From a virus: 64,000 nt of DNA. The notes under the pieces were generated by a model, which made no database searches, was not told where the DNA came from, and was given only the letters and a program-made list of their open reading frames with translations. Made by a program: the position numbers and the translations under genes. The DNA lies in the IMG/VR virus record IMGVR_UViG_3300037258_000301, positions 64,001-128,000 of that record, one strand, 5' to 3'. Below, piece by piece: positions 54,985 to 63,597 of this stretch; position 1 is the first letter of the stretch, and every line of letters begins with the position of its first letter.

Positions 54985-55337
54985 TGCTCGGCATTGGCAT
55001 CGTGATCGGGGCAGTCTTCCTGATCCTGATCGGCATCGTCTTCTTCGCTACCCGTCGAGACCACCCCCCGACCCCTCAACGGGTCCCTGAGCCGCCGAGC
55101 CCGGCAGAGCTGACCGATGTCATCGCTCCGCTCCCGTGGCTCTACGGGCGCCCGATCAGGCACCGTTATGACCCCGAGGAGTTCACGGAGTCGCTGAGCT
55201 GTCTCACCTGCGCACAGCCGATCCTGCCGCAGGCCGAGTTCTGGGAGGTTCCTCTCCTCAATCAAGGCCCCGACGTGCTGATCGCGATCTGTCTTCAGTG
55301 CGACAGCCGCAGTCCTTACGACAAGCTGGAGATTTGA
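54981..55337 (+). CDS. membrane-anchored protein with two CxxC motifs
   Basis: N-terminal TM segment; CLTC and CLQC. Confidence 0.7.
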   Translation: MMLGIGIVIGAVFLILIGIVFFATRRDHPPTPQRVPEPPSPAELTDVIAPLPWLYGRPIRHRYDPEEFTESLSCLTCAQPILPQAEFWEVPLLNQGPDVLIAICLQCDSRSPYDKLEI

Positions 55338-55696
55338 TGGTCAAGCCACTGACGACTCGGGCTATGAGCGACAAGCATGAAATCTTCCTGGCGGACCTGT
55401 TCGATGGCCGGCGTTCAGTCGGTAGTGGGAACCAGTTCAACGATGCTGCCGACGGTCGCAACGACGTGTTCACTCCTCACGCAGCAGCCTGGGACGGCAA
55501 GGCCACCCTTGGCAAATCCCACTCCGTCTCGTTGGACACTTGGGACAAGCTCGTCGAGCAGTCCCACGGCTTGATCCCGGTGCTCGCCCTGCGCTGGTAC
55601 GCCAACGAGCGACTGCATATCACTCGTGACCTCGTGGTGCTGGACGTGCACGACTTCGTCACGATCCTGGAAGCCGCCCGCAATGTCCACCAGTAG
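55337..55696 (+). CDS. PD-(D/E)xK nuclease, Holliday-junction-resolvase-like
   Basis: HE..LA..GSG..DG..DGKAT; WDKLVEQ..IPVLAL. Confidence 0.65.
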   Translation: MVKPLTTRAMSDKHEIFLADLFDGRRSVGSGNQFNDAADGRNDVFTPHAAAWDGKATLGKSHSVSLDTWDKLVEQSHGLIPVLALRWYANERLHITRDLVVLDVHDFVTILEAARNVHQ

Positions 55697-56420
55697 CGCG
55701 GTGCTTCGCGGCATCCTACGAGAGCATCGCGACAAGAAGGTGCTCTCGCCGATCATCCGGGCCGCACTGCACGACCCGAACTTCAAGGGCTTCCCGCTAC
55801 AGGTGGAGGGCTGGACGGCGCGTCCATACGACGGCTGGTTTCATCCGTCCACTCACGCCACCAAGACGGTTGACGAGTTGATCGACTACCTCACGCACCC
55901 CGAGAACCACCAGCCTGAGGAACACCCGCCGCTCGTCTTCGTACTCGCGGTGACCCAGGGCAAGTTCTGGCATACGTTCATCCAGCGTCTCCTTCTGGAC
56001 CATGGCATCCTGCTCCAGGATGAGGTTCCCCTGATCGATCCCACCCGACGACGCAGAGGGCACACCGACGGTCTTCTGGCCAATGGTGAACTGCTGGAAA
56101 TCAAAACTTCCTCCTCTCGCTCCTTCCGGAAGTTCACCAACTGCGCCGATCTCATCGCCAATGAGCCCGGCTACTACGCTCAAACTCAGGACTACCTCGA
56201 CATGGCCGAGGCCGAATACATGCGTTACCTCGTGATGTGCATGGAGAGCCCTTACGAGTTCTCCGAGTTCCTCGTGCCGGCTGATGGGCTCTTCCAGACC
56301 GCTCAGCGCCGCAAGTACCGGGAGGCCGTCGAGACCGCCGCTCAAGGACAGATCTATCACATTCCCATCCCCACGCCCGAGCAGTCTTCCGCGCTGCTCT
56401 ACGGCACTCCACTGCATTGA
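55683..56420 (+). CDS. PD-(D/E)xK exonuclease (RecB/Cas4-like)
   Basis: FHPS; GKFWH; GHTDG..LEIKT; YYAQTQDY. Confidence 0.8.
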   Translation: MSTSSAVLRGILREHRDKKVLSPIIRAALHDPNFKGFPLQVEGWTARPYDGWFHPSTHATKTVDELIDYLTHPENHQPEEHPPLVFVLAVTQGKFWHTFIQRLLLDHGILLQDEVPLIDPTRRRRGHTDGLLANGELLEIKTSSSRSFRKFTNCADLIANEPGYYAQTQDYLDMAEAEYMRYLVMCMESPYEFSEFLVPADGLFQTAQRRKYREAVETAAQGQIYHIPIPTPEQSSALLYGTPLH

Positions 56421-56426
56421 GGAACC

Positions 56427-57050
56427 ATGAACACTGACGCTCTCACCGCGCTGCGCATCAACGCACGGACGAAAGCTGCCGCGCTTCCCGTCTGGCGCGC
56501 GCCTCTTCTGATCGACCTGCATCCTGGTCGTGTGTTGGCCTTCGACCAGTCCCTGGCCGCCTGTGGAGTGGCCGTGTTGACCTTCGACGGTCAGACGCTA
56601 TTTCTGCGTGATGCTCATGTCATGCAGGTCCCCGCAACTGATGCCAAACGCAGCCGTGAACACGGCCTACGACGAGCTGAGCTATTGGTTGATGCGATCA
56701 TCAACTGGTATCAACGTAGTGTGCCAGACGATCAATGGTCGGTCGTCTACGAAGCGGTACCTGAGGGTGGATCTATCCATGCACCCGAGTCATCACTGCT
56801 GGGGGCTATGGCGGTTCGCATGGCCACTCGGACCTTCCGGGGTGCACCGCCCCTACTAGATCCAGTTCCTGCCCAAAGCCACAAGAAGTTCGTTTGTGGC
56901 AATCGTAATGCCACCAAGAAAGAACACCACGCCGCGCTGATGGAGTTGACGCGCGCCTTGGGTGTCCGTGGCGCCGAACTCTTGACCAATGAAGGCAAGC
57001 GTGACGCTTTCTCAGTTGGGCTCTACGCATTGGCCCAAAGTCATGGCTGA
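56427..57050 (+). CDS. RuvC-like resolvase
   Basis: LAFDQSLAACGVA; VVYE; GNRNATK; RDA. Confidence 0.8.
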   Translation: MNTDALTALRINARTKAAALPVWRAPLLIDLHPGRVLAFDQSLAACGVAVLTFDGQTLFLRDAHVMQVPATDAKRSREHGLRRAELLVDAIINWYQRSVPDDQWSVVYEAVPEGGSIHAPESSLLGAMAVRMATRTFRGAPPLLDPVPAQSHKKFVCGNRNATKKEHHAALMELTRALGVRGAELLTNEGKRDAFSVGLYALAQSHG

Positions 57051-57723
57051 CCCGCAGAACATCCGCAAGTCAGGGAAGACCACCGCCGAAGAGGTGACCA
57101 AAGAGGAGTGCACCGAGGAGAAGCTCACCGAGCCTTTGGGCACTGTCGGTATGGAGGTCGAACCTCATCGAGATCGTCTTGTTCGGCCGTACTTCCAACG
57201 GATGCGCACCGAGTGGAACTCCGATCAGAAGATGGTTCTCCAACGTGTCCATCATCGTGTCGAGAAGCAGATCCAGGAGGTTTTCGCTGAAGCCTTCGAC
57301 ATCATGATCGAGCTTTACGACGTGGTTCGCACTCGGGTGGTTGACGTTGACGCTGACGACGTCTGGGAGAAGACCTCTTCGGGTGCCTACCGCGAGGACT
57401 GGGGCAAGCTCACCCACAAGCAGCGGGAGCGGTTCCTGTTCCTGATCACGACGCGCCTGTTCACCTGGGAGCAGCAGGCGGCCGGCCTGAACTTCGAGGC
57501 GGTGTTCGCCAAGGCCGAGTGGGAACAGAGCTTCGCCACCGGTTACGAATCACTTCCCGGTACCCGACCGACCATCGAGGACCGCACCTCCCGGGCCCGG
57601 CTCACGTCGCAGGACGACTACTACTTTGCCTTGATGCGAACGTATTTCTCTCGCCGAGCTGACGCGGTGGTCCGCAGCATGAGTGGTTTAGCTCAGCGGT
57701 TAAAAGACGTACACACCGTCTAG
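57043..57723 (+). CDS. helical hypothetical protein
   Basis: ATG at 57043 overlaps the upstream gene; 226 aa. Confidence 0.7.
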   Translation: MADPQNIRKSGKTTAEEVTKEECTEEKLTEPLGTVGMEVEPHRDRLVRPYFQRMRTEWNSDQKMVLQRVHHRVEKQIQEVFAEAFDIMIELYDVVRTRVVDVDADDVWEKTSSGAYREDWGKLTHKQRERFLFLITTRLFTWEQQAAGLNFEAVFAKAEWEQSFATGYESLPGTRPTIEDRTSRARLTSQDDYYFALMRTYFSRRADAVVRSMSGLAQRLKDVHTV

Positions 57724-57750
57724 CTGCTCAAATGACGTCTAGGTCGTGAC

Positions 57751-57849
57751 TTGCCAACATCGACAAGTTCGACGCATCATGTGCACATCAGCCTCAACGC
57801 TCACTCCGGGGTGTGGGATCGGAGGTGAGTTCCTGGTGTGCACATGATG
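57751..57849 (+). promoter_or_regulatory. candidate promoter plus long leader hairpin
   Basis: TTGCCA-N18-CATCAT; 17-bp stem between 57775-57791 and 57833-57849. Confidence 0.65.
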
Positions 57850-58544
57850 GGACGCTGCCTGTGAGAAGAACCGCATCTCGTGCTGGCGTGGCGGAATTGA
57901 GAAGCCTCTTCCGTCATCTTGAAGAGTTGCGGTCGCTCTATGAGGCCAAAGGTACTGACGAGATCATCACTCCAGATGGAAATCATTGGTCTCTCTGGGA
58001 TCTCGAATACCTTTATCGGGAATCGCAGAAGCTGGATAATCTCACTCTTCGCCAATCTCAAGCCATTCAACTGTGCTTAGTCGACGGTCTGTCCGAACGA
58101 GAAGCATCTCATGTCATCGGTACTCGTCCGACCAATCCCGTAGCGATCTATGCAAACCAGGGCTTGGCTCGACTGTTGGAGTTGATCGACAATGGTCGTC
58201 TTGCTCGTTTCCGCCCGCTGCCCAATGAAGATGAGTTGCTCCGTCAGCGTCGTCAGGTCACTTTGGAGCGTCTAGCTGGCCAGATCAAGTCCAGCGTCAC
58301 CATCGAGACGAACGGCTGTTGGATCTACCCACTCTTTCATCCCCGGATCAATCCGGTTATTGCATTGCGTGCATCTCACTCTCCGAATGGTGTCGTTTAC
58401 GTTCATCCTCTCTGGGTCATGTATGAGGCCCTCGTCGCCCCGGTTCCTATTGGGCAGCGAGTTACCCATCATGACCTTTTTCAGTTCTACTATCGAGGCT
58501 GTGCCAATCCGGAGCACGCCATTCTTGTTGAGGAGTCGCAATGA
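57813..58544 (+). CDS. sigma-70 region-4-like HTH protein fused to a degenerate HNH-like domain (start uncertain: 57813, 57825, 57861 or 57888)
   Basis: LTLRQSQAIQLCLVDGLSEREASHVIG; ETNGCWIY..VMYEALVAPVP..VTH..CANPEH. Confidence 0.65.
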   Translation: MGSEVSSWCAHDGTLPVRRTASRAGVAELRSLFRHLEELRSLYEAKGTDEIITPDGNHWSLWDLEYLYRESQKLDNLTLRQSQAIQLCLVDGLSEREASHVIGTRPTNPVAIYANQGLARLLELIDNGRLARFRPLPNEDELLRQRRQVTLERLAGQIKSSVTIETNGCWIYPLFHPRINPVIALRASHSPNGVVYVHPLWVMYEALVAPVPIGQRVTHHDLFQFYYRGCANPEHAILVEESQ

Positions 58545-58849
58545 GGGTGAGGTATGGAGTTCACGGTCCATTGGAAGAAGCAGCCAACGAATTCATACGT
58601 CAGTCCCTACTCACGGTGAAGAGTCGTGAGGAGAAGTCAGACATCCTCACGCCGTGGAAAGAGCATCATCGTCGATCCGTCGAGGTCTATTCCTCGATGG
58701 GGGTCCCCGACTCGGCTTTCCGGCAAGGCATCTTCAGGCGGGCCCGCAACAGGACCAAAAGCTATCTGAACTCCTGTGATGGAGTCATACAAGGTCGACG
58801 TGGTGAACATGAGGGCTTCGCTGACTTCGCCGCCGACGAGGAGTACTGA
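58541..58849 (+). CDS. hypothetical protein
   Basis: GAGGAG RBS; coupled to both neighbours. Confidence 0.7.
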   Translation: MRVRYGVHGPLEEAANEFIRQSLLTVKSREEKSDILTPWKEHHRRSVEVYSSMGVPDSAFRQGIFRRARNRTKSYLNSCDGVIQGRRGEHEGFADFAADEEY

Positions 58850-59553
58850 TGGGTGGACGTGGCCTGATCGCTCCGATACGCAATTCGTTGGTACAGATCC
58901 GGATCGGCAATCAGATCTACGATGCCGTTCGCGAGCCCCGCTGCAAGACCTGCATGCATCCGGCTCGCATGGACATCGAGACCATGATCGTTGAGAACAC
59001 AGCCTTCACGACCATCGCCGAGCGGTGGTCGGACGTGGAGTACACATCCTCCTCGGGCGGCCTCGTCGTACTGCCTACGATCAGCGCCTCGTCCATTCGC
59101 AACCACTACAAGGCGCATCACATCCCCCTCCAGGCCGCCGTGCAACGCCAACTCGCCGAGAAGCGCATGCAGGAGATCGGCTACCAGCTGGAGGAGGTCG
59201 GCGGTACGTTCGTCGATCACGTCACGTTCAACCAGGTGGTTCTTCAGCAGGCTCAGCAGCGGCTGGTGCGGGGTGAGATCCGGGTCGAGGTCAAGGATGG
59301 TATCGCCGCCGCGAAGTTCCTTGCCGACGCCGAGGCGGCCACCGGTAGCGACATCAACGCCGAGGCGTGGTCGCAGGCCATGGAGGTCTACTTCGCGGCA
59401 GCTCAGAGCATCATGAATCCGGCTCAATGGACCCAGTTCGTGCGCTCTCTGCGCAACAACCCCATCCTCAAGGCGCTGGAGGCTCGAATCAGTGGCCAAC
59501 AGCCCCCACCCGAGGCCATTCCTGCTGGCCGCGACCCCTATACGGAGGGATGA
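58849..59553 (+). CDS. putative terminase small subunit / DNA-binding protein
   Basis: CKTCMHP..SIRNHYKAHH zinc/HTH pattern; upstream of the large terminase. Confidence 0.5.
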   Translation: MGGRGLIAPIRNSLVQIRIGNQIYDAVREPRCKTCMHPARMDIETMIVENTAFTTIAERWSDVEYTSSSGGLVVLPTISASSIRNHYKAHHIPLQAAVQRQLAEKRMQEIGYQLEEVGGTFVDHVTFNQVVLQQAQQRLVRGEIRVEVKDGIAAAKFLADAEAATGSDINAEAWSQAMEVYFAAAQSIMNPAQWTQFVRSLRNNPILKALEARISGQQPPPEAIPAGRDPYTEG

Positions 59554-59756
59554 GCATGCTGGTGTGGGTGGTGGGTGTGAACGTCGTGGAGGATTGGGCC
59601 ATCTGTGGCGCCTTCTCCACCAGGGAGAAGGCGGTGGCATGTTGCACCACGGAATATCACTACGTGTTCCCCTTGATGCTTGACGACTGGCTGGGTGATA
59701 AGCACACCCCCGCACCGGCCGAGTATCCGCTACTGGAGAGGAACTCCGAGACATGA
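59550..59756 (+). CDS. small hypothetical protein
   Basis: GGAGG RBS; ATGA overlaps on both sides. Confidence 0.6.
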   Translation: MSMLVWVVGVNVVEDWAICGAFSTREKAVACCTTEYHYVFPLMLDDWLGDKHTPAPAEYPLLERNSET

Positions 59757-60127
59757 TCGACGTCAACGATGAGGAAATCCTACGCATCGAGAGAGGACCT
59801 TTTGCCTGGATGCGCGCGAAGCAGGCCACCTCGATGTCTCTGGAGGACTTCCGGCGCACAGCTGAGAACAAGTTCGCTGATGTCGGGTTCCGAGCCAAGG
59901 TGACCGCCTACACGACCACTCAGGAGGGCGTCTACGCCTTCGACGTCGAGATCCAGGGGCGCATGGCCGGCGCCGGCCAGTTCGACCCTGACCAGCTCGC
60001 TCACGAGGTCCAACACAACCTCCTGGAGCTGCCCGGCAAGCACGAGGGCGCGATCAAGACCGACAAGGGGGCGGTCCGCGCTCTGCTCTCTGGTGATCGC
60101 CCGGGTCCAGGTGGTCATCACCACTGA
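59753..60127 (+). CDS. hypothetical protein
   Basis: 124-aa coupled ORF before the terminase. Confidence 0.7.
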   Translation: MIDVNDEEILRIERGPFAWMRAKQATSMSLEDFRRTAENKFADVGFRAKVTAYTTTQEGVYAFDVEIQGRMAGAGQFDPDQLAHEVQHNLLELPGKHEGAIKTDKGAVRALLSGDRPGPGGHHH

Positions 60128-60129
60128 CC

Positions 60130-62100
60130 ATGAGCCTGCTACTTCCTACTGACTTCACGGCATTCACCGGCGTCGACATCCCCGACCCGGTGACTTTCGT
60201 CGTGGGAGAACACTGGCTGAACCGGCCGATGCTCTATCCCCGCCAGGCCACCGTGGTCAAGCTGGTGTTTCTGCGTACGGACTTACTCACCGACTATGAC
60301 CACCAGGTCATCGACGAGTGGGAGGAGTCCTTCCGGCGTACGGGCAACCGAGGCATCGTTCCGGACATCCGACAGCGGGCCGACCAGCTCCGGGAGATGG
60401 GCTACCAGCACTTCCGTGAGGTGCTGCTCGTTCTCGGACGTCGAGCCGGTAAAGGCTATCTCTGCGCCCTGCTCATGGCCTACGTCATCTGGCAGTACAT
60501 GGCCCTGGGTGATCCGCAGGGCTACTACGGCATCGACCGGGACAAGCAACTCGCCGCGTTCCTCTACGCCGGCAAGAAGCAGCAGGCACGCGTCAACCTC
60601 TGGCAAGACCTCGTTCACATCATCCAGGGCAGCGAGTGTTTCCAGCCCTATATCTCGCGCTCCCAGGGCGAGTCTCTGACTATCTACGCACCCTACGACC
60701 TGGTGCGAATGAACAAGCTGGCCCATCGAGGATTCCAGACCACGATGGATCAGGCGACGTTCCTCATCGAGCCCAAAGAAGCCACGATGATGTCCGGTCG
60801 TGGACCGGCTTCCTGCATCCAGGGCTACGACGAGATGGCGCACATGGTCACCGCCGGGGGTGCGTCCCGGTCAGCCGAGGAAGTATGGAACGCGGCTACT
60901 CCGTCATTGGACCAGTTCCGCAAGGATGCCTTCATCGTGGAGCCGTCTTCACCCTGGCAGATGATTGGTCAGTTCTATCAGAACTGGCTCAACTCGTTGC
61001 TCCTCGATGAGGACGGCGTGCCCGCGTATCCGAACATCTTCATGCTTCAGCTGGAGTCGTGGGACATCTATCAGGACTGGGAGTTGGCCCATGTACTACC
61101 ACTGTTTCCGCACGACTTCGAAGGAGACCTGAAGGAGTACCAGGGGAATCCTCATCCGAAGCTGGAGAAGCTCAAGGGCGCCGTGCAGACGTACGACTCC
61201 GAGATGCAGAAGCTGGAGATGGCCAACCCCGAAACCTTCGCTGTAGAGCGTCGCTCTCATTGGCAGTCGGTTGTTGATGCCTACCTCGACCCGAAGAAGA
61301 TCGAGGCGATGTTCAACCCCGCATTGGAGATGAAGACCGAAGGTACCCTCAGCATGTTCTACAAAGGACATGCTGACCCGTCGACCGTCAACGCCAACTA
61401 CGGCGTAGTCATTGGGCACCCAGAGACGCGGGACGGCATCATCCACGCCGTCATCGATCATGTGCACTTCTGGCGCCCCAGCGACTTTCCCGACAACATT
61501 ATCGATTACATCATGGTCGATGAGTCACTCTGGAAACTCATCTATGGATTCAAGTGTGATGAGTTCACGTTCGACCAATACAACTCGGCCGGTTCGATTC
61601 AGCGTCTCCAACAACATGTGCGCGAGTCGCAAGTCCCCAAGCGCATGCAGATCTACGAACTGACGGCCACCGCCGCCCATAACTGGGAGCGGGCCGAGAA
61701 CTTCAAGGTGGCGCTCAACCAGGGGTGGATCGAGTGTCCGCCGCATGAGCAACTTCAGCTTGAGCTGAAGTTTCTCCAGCGCAAGGACACCGCAACCACC
61801 CATAGAGTGGACAAGCAGGACACGGGACCCGTAACAACCAAAGATATTGCTGACTGCATCATGGAGGTGGTCTGGACGCTGCTCGGTGACCAGGTGCATT
61901 CCTACACCCACGGCGCCCTGAGCAATTTCCAGCTGCAAGTGGGCCTTCAGGGTGGCATCAATCCGCATGCCCGGGAGATGAGTGCCGCCGACAGCCACAC
62001 CTTTGACCAGCTCGGAGGACTGTCCGGCCGGCAACGCAACGCGGTCATGCGGGGTGGGGGCCTTAACGCCGCTCGCAACGCCTATCGTCGCCGGTCATGA
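60130..62100 (+). CDS. terL: terminase large subunit
   Basis: LYPRQ; LGRRAGKG Walker A; GYDEMAH Walker B; nuclease motifs HADPS, FDQYNS, KDIAD. Confidence 0.88.
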   Translation: MSLLLPTDFTAFTGVDIPDPVTFVVGEHWLNRPMLYPRQATVVKLVFLRTDLLTDYDHQVIDEWEESFRRTGNRGIVPDIRQRADQLREMGYQHFREVLLVLGRRAGKGYLCALLMAYVIWQYMALGDPQGYYGIDRDKQLAAFLYAGKKQQARVNLWQDLVHIIQGSECFQPYISRSQGESLTIYAPYDLVRMNKLAHRGFQTTMDQATFLIEPKEATMMSGRGPASCIQGYDEMAHMVTAGGASRSAEEVWNAATPSLDQFRKDAFIVEPSSPWQMIGQFYQNWLNSLLLDEDGVPAYPNIFMLQLESWDIYQDWELAHVLPLFPHDFEGDLKEYQGNPHPKLEKLKGAVQTYDSEMQKLEMANPETFAVERRSHWQSVVDAYLDPKKIEAMFNPALEMKTEGTLSMFYKGHADPSTVNANYGVVIGHPETRDGIIHAVIDHVHFWRPSDFPDNIIDYIMVDESLWKLIYGFKCDEFTFDQYNSAGSIQRLQQHVRESQVPKRMQIYELTATAAHNWERAENFKVALNQGWIECPPHEQLQLELKFLQRKDTATTHRVDKQDTGPVTTKDIADCIMEVVWTLLGDQVHSYTHGALSNFQLQVGLQGGINPHAREMSAADSHTFDQLGGLSGRQRNAVMRGGGLNAARNAYRRRS

Positions 62101-62101
62101 C

Positions 62102-62130
62102 TTCGTCGACTCAGGGATTTCTTCTACCCT
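62102..62130 (+). promoter_or_regulatory. TCAGGG-box promoter copy, probably leaderless
   Basis: TTCGTC GACTCAGGGATTTCTTC TACCCT, with ATG at 62138 seven nt after the -10 box. Confidence 0.6.
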
Positions 62131-62137
62131 GATCGCC

Positions 62138-62623
62138 ATGACTACCCACAGTCCACCCACCCCGCTGGCTGACTACGCCTACGTGCCGGTCGCCCACTAT
62201 CTGTCCCAGCCACTGCGCATCCATGTGCTGGGCTCTCACGGCCCTGATCACTCCGACGTCCTGGTATATCACCCGGACGCACCTCCGGAGACAAAGATGC
62301 TGGCCAACGTCCTCATCACTGACGAGTGGTTCGCCCGTCCCGGGCACGCCATGTGGCCCGGATATCAGGGGGAGCGCAGCTGGGCCCAGATCGCTGAGCA
62401 GACCTACCAGCAGGTGCAAGAGGAACGCGATCTGGCTCGACGCCTGACTGACCTCGGCATCTCTCGTCGGCTTCGTCATTATGCTGGCGTGGGTGGCACC
62501 TCCCACGAGGCCGGCGAGGCCGATACCCAGCTGACCTTCAGCCATGACGAACTGGACTACCTCCTGACCCTGGCCGAACGCGGTAAGGAGGGAGGCACCT
62601 CGGCGACTCAGGAGAGCACATGA
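62138..62623 (+). CDS. hypothetical protein
   Basis: ATG positioned for leaderless translation; ATGA overlap with the next gene. Confidence 0.65.
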   Translation: MTTHSPPTPLADYAYVPVAHYLSQPLRIHVLGSHGPDHSDVLVYHPDAPPETKMLANVLITDEWFARPGHAMWPGYQGERSWAQIAEQTYQQVQEERDLARRLTDLGISRRLRHYAGVGGTSHEAGEADTQLTFSHDELDYLLTLAERGKEGGTSATQEST

Positions 62624-63597
62624 ACCACCTTCGGCAAGCATGGGCAGCCAAGACTGCCGCACACCGCTTTCAGCACGTATGGCTCCCCGAGAACCCCGAT
62701 GAGGCGCATGATCTCCTCCAGGGCCTCGCTGGGGGCCATCTCGCCCATCTGCGGGTGGTCGGTGAGCAGGCCGCTCCATACGACAAGGAGCGCCTGCACG
62801 ATCTGATCAACAACGGTGGCTTCTCTCACCACCCAGGTCACGGCGCGGCCCCCTCGACTGGCTACATGGCCAGCTACGAACTCTCCTCGCCGAGCCAGGC
62901 CGCCGTGCACGACATGTCCACGCTGACGCCCGAGCACATCGCGGAGCATCGTTCGGCCATCGGTGAGCACCTGGCCAAGCCAGACAGCTACCAGGGCGGC
63001 TGGCTCGACCGAGGCGAGAACAAGGTATACCTGGATGCCTCCCGCCACTTCCACGACGAGGGGAAGGTCCGGGACTTCTCCCTGAAGAACAAGCAGCTCG
63101 CCTACTACGACCTCGGCAAGGGCAACGAGTACTACCTCGATCCGCATCGCGACGAGCTGGCCCACACCGACCCCTCGGCGCACCACGAGAAGTACTCCGG
63201 CATCACCAAGAAGTTCGGTCCCGGCACCCCGCTGGAGTACGAGAGCTACCGACACCTCTACGAGGGTGGTGGCGAGAAGACCGCGTCCCTTCAGTACGCG
63301 GTGACCGAGCAGCCGCCGGCCAGTGGGTTGCCCTACCTGATCCGCGTGGCCAGGGGCAACCAGGTCATCGCGCACATCGGGGTGCGTCCGGATGGCACCT
63401 GGCGCTACCTTCGGGCCGAGGCCGGCCGGACCGCCACCCAGTCCTCGGTCGACGAGATCCGGGACGGAATCAACGCCATCGTGGGCGCCTTGTTCGAGGG
63501 CACCCAGGCTCGCCCCGAGTGGCTCGACGGCCGGCCGATCGGCCCGTGGCTCAACGACCACGTGGACGAGATCGAGCGCCGGAAGCGGCAGCCGTGA
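62620..63597 (+). CDS. His-rich multidomain phage protein, possible internal head protein
   Basis: AGGAG RBS; GGFS..P..GYM..YQGGWLD..VYLDAS..QLAYYDL block; KTA linkers. Confidence 0.65.
   Translation: MNHLRQAWAAKTAAHRFQHVWLPENPDEAHDLLQGLAGGHLAHLRVVGEQAAPYDKERLHDLINNGGFSHHPGHGAAPSTGYMASYELSSPSQAAVHDMSTLTPEHIAEHRSAIGEHLAKPDSYQGGWLDRGENKVYLDASRHFHDEGKVRDFSLKNKQLAYYDLGKGNEYYLDPHRDELAHTDPSAHHEKYSGITKKFGPGTPLEYESYRHLYEGGGEKTASLQYAVTEQPPASGLPYLIRVARGNQVIAHIGVRPDGTWRYLRAEAGRTATQSSVDEIRDGINAIVGALFEGTQARPEWLDGRPIGPWLNDHVDEIERRKRQP

Noticed and set aside
55683-56420. CRISPR-Cas locus based on the Cas4-like nuclease
   Set aside because: No array or other cas genes; no C-terminal Fe-S cysteine cluster; ordinary recombination context
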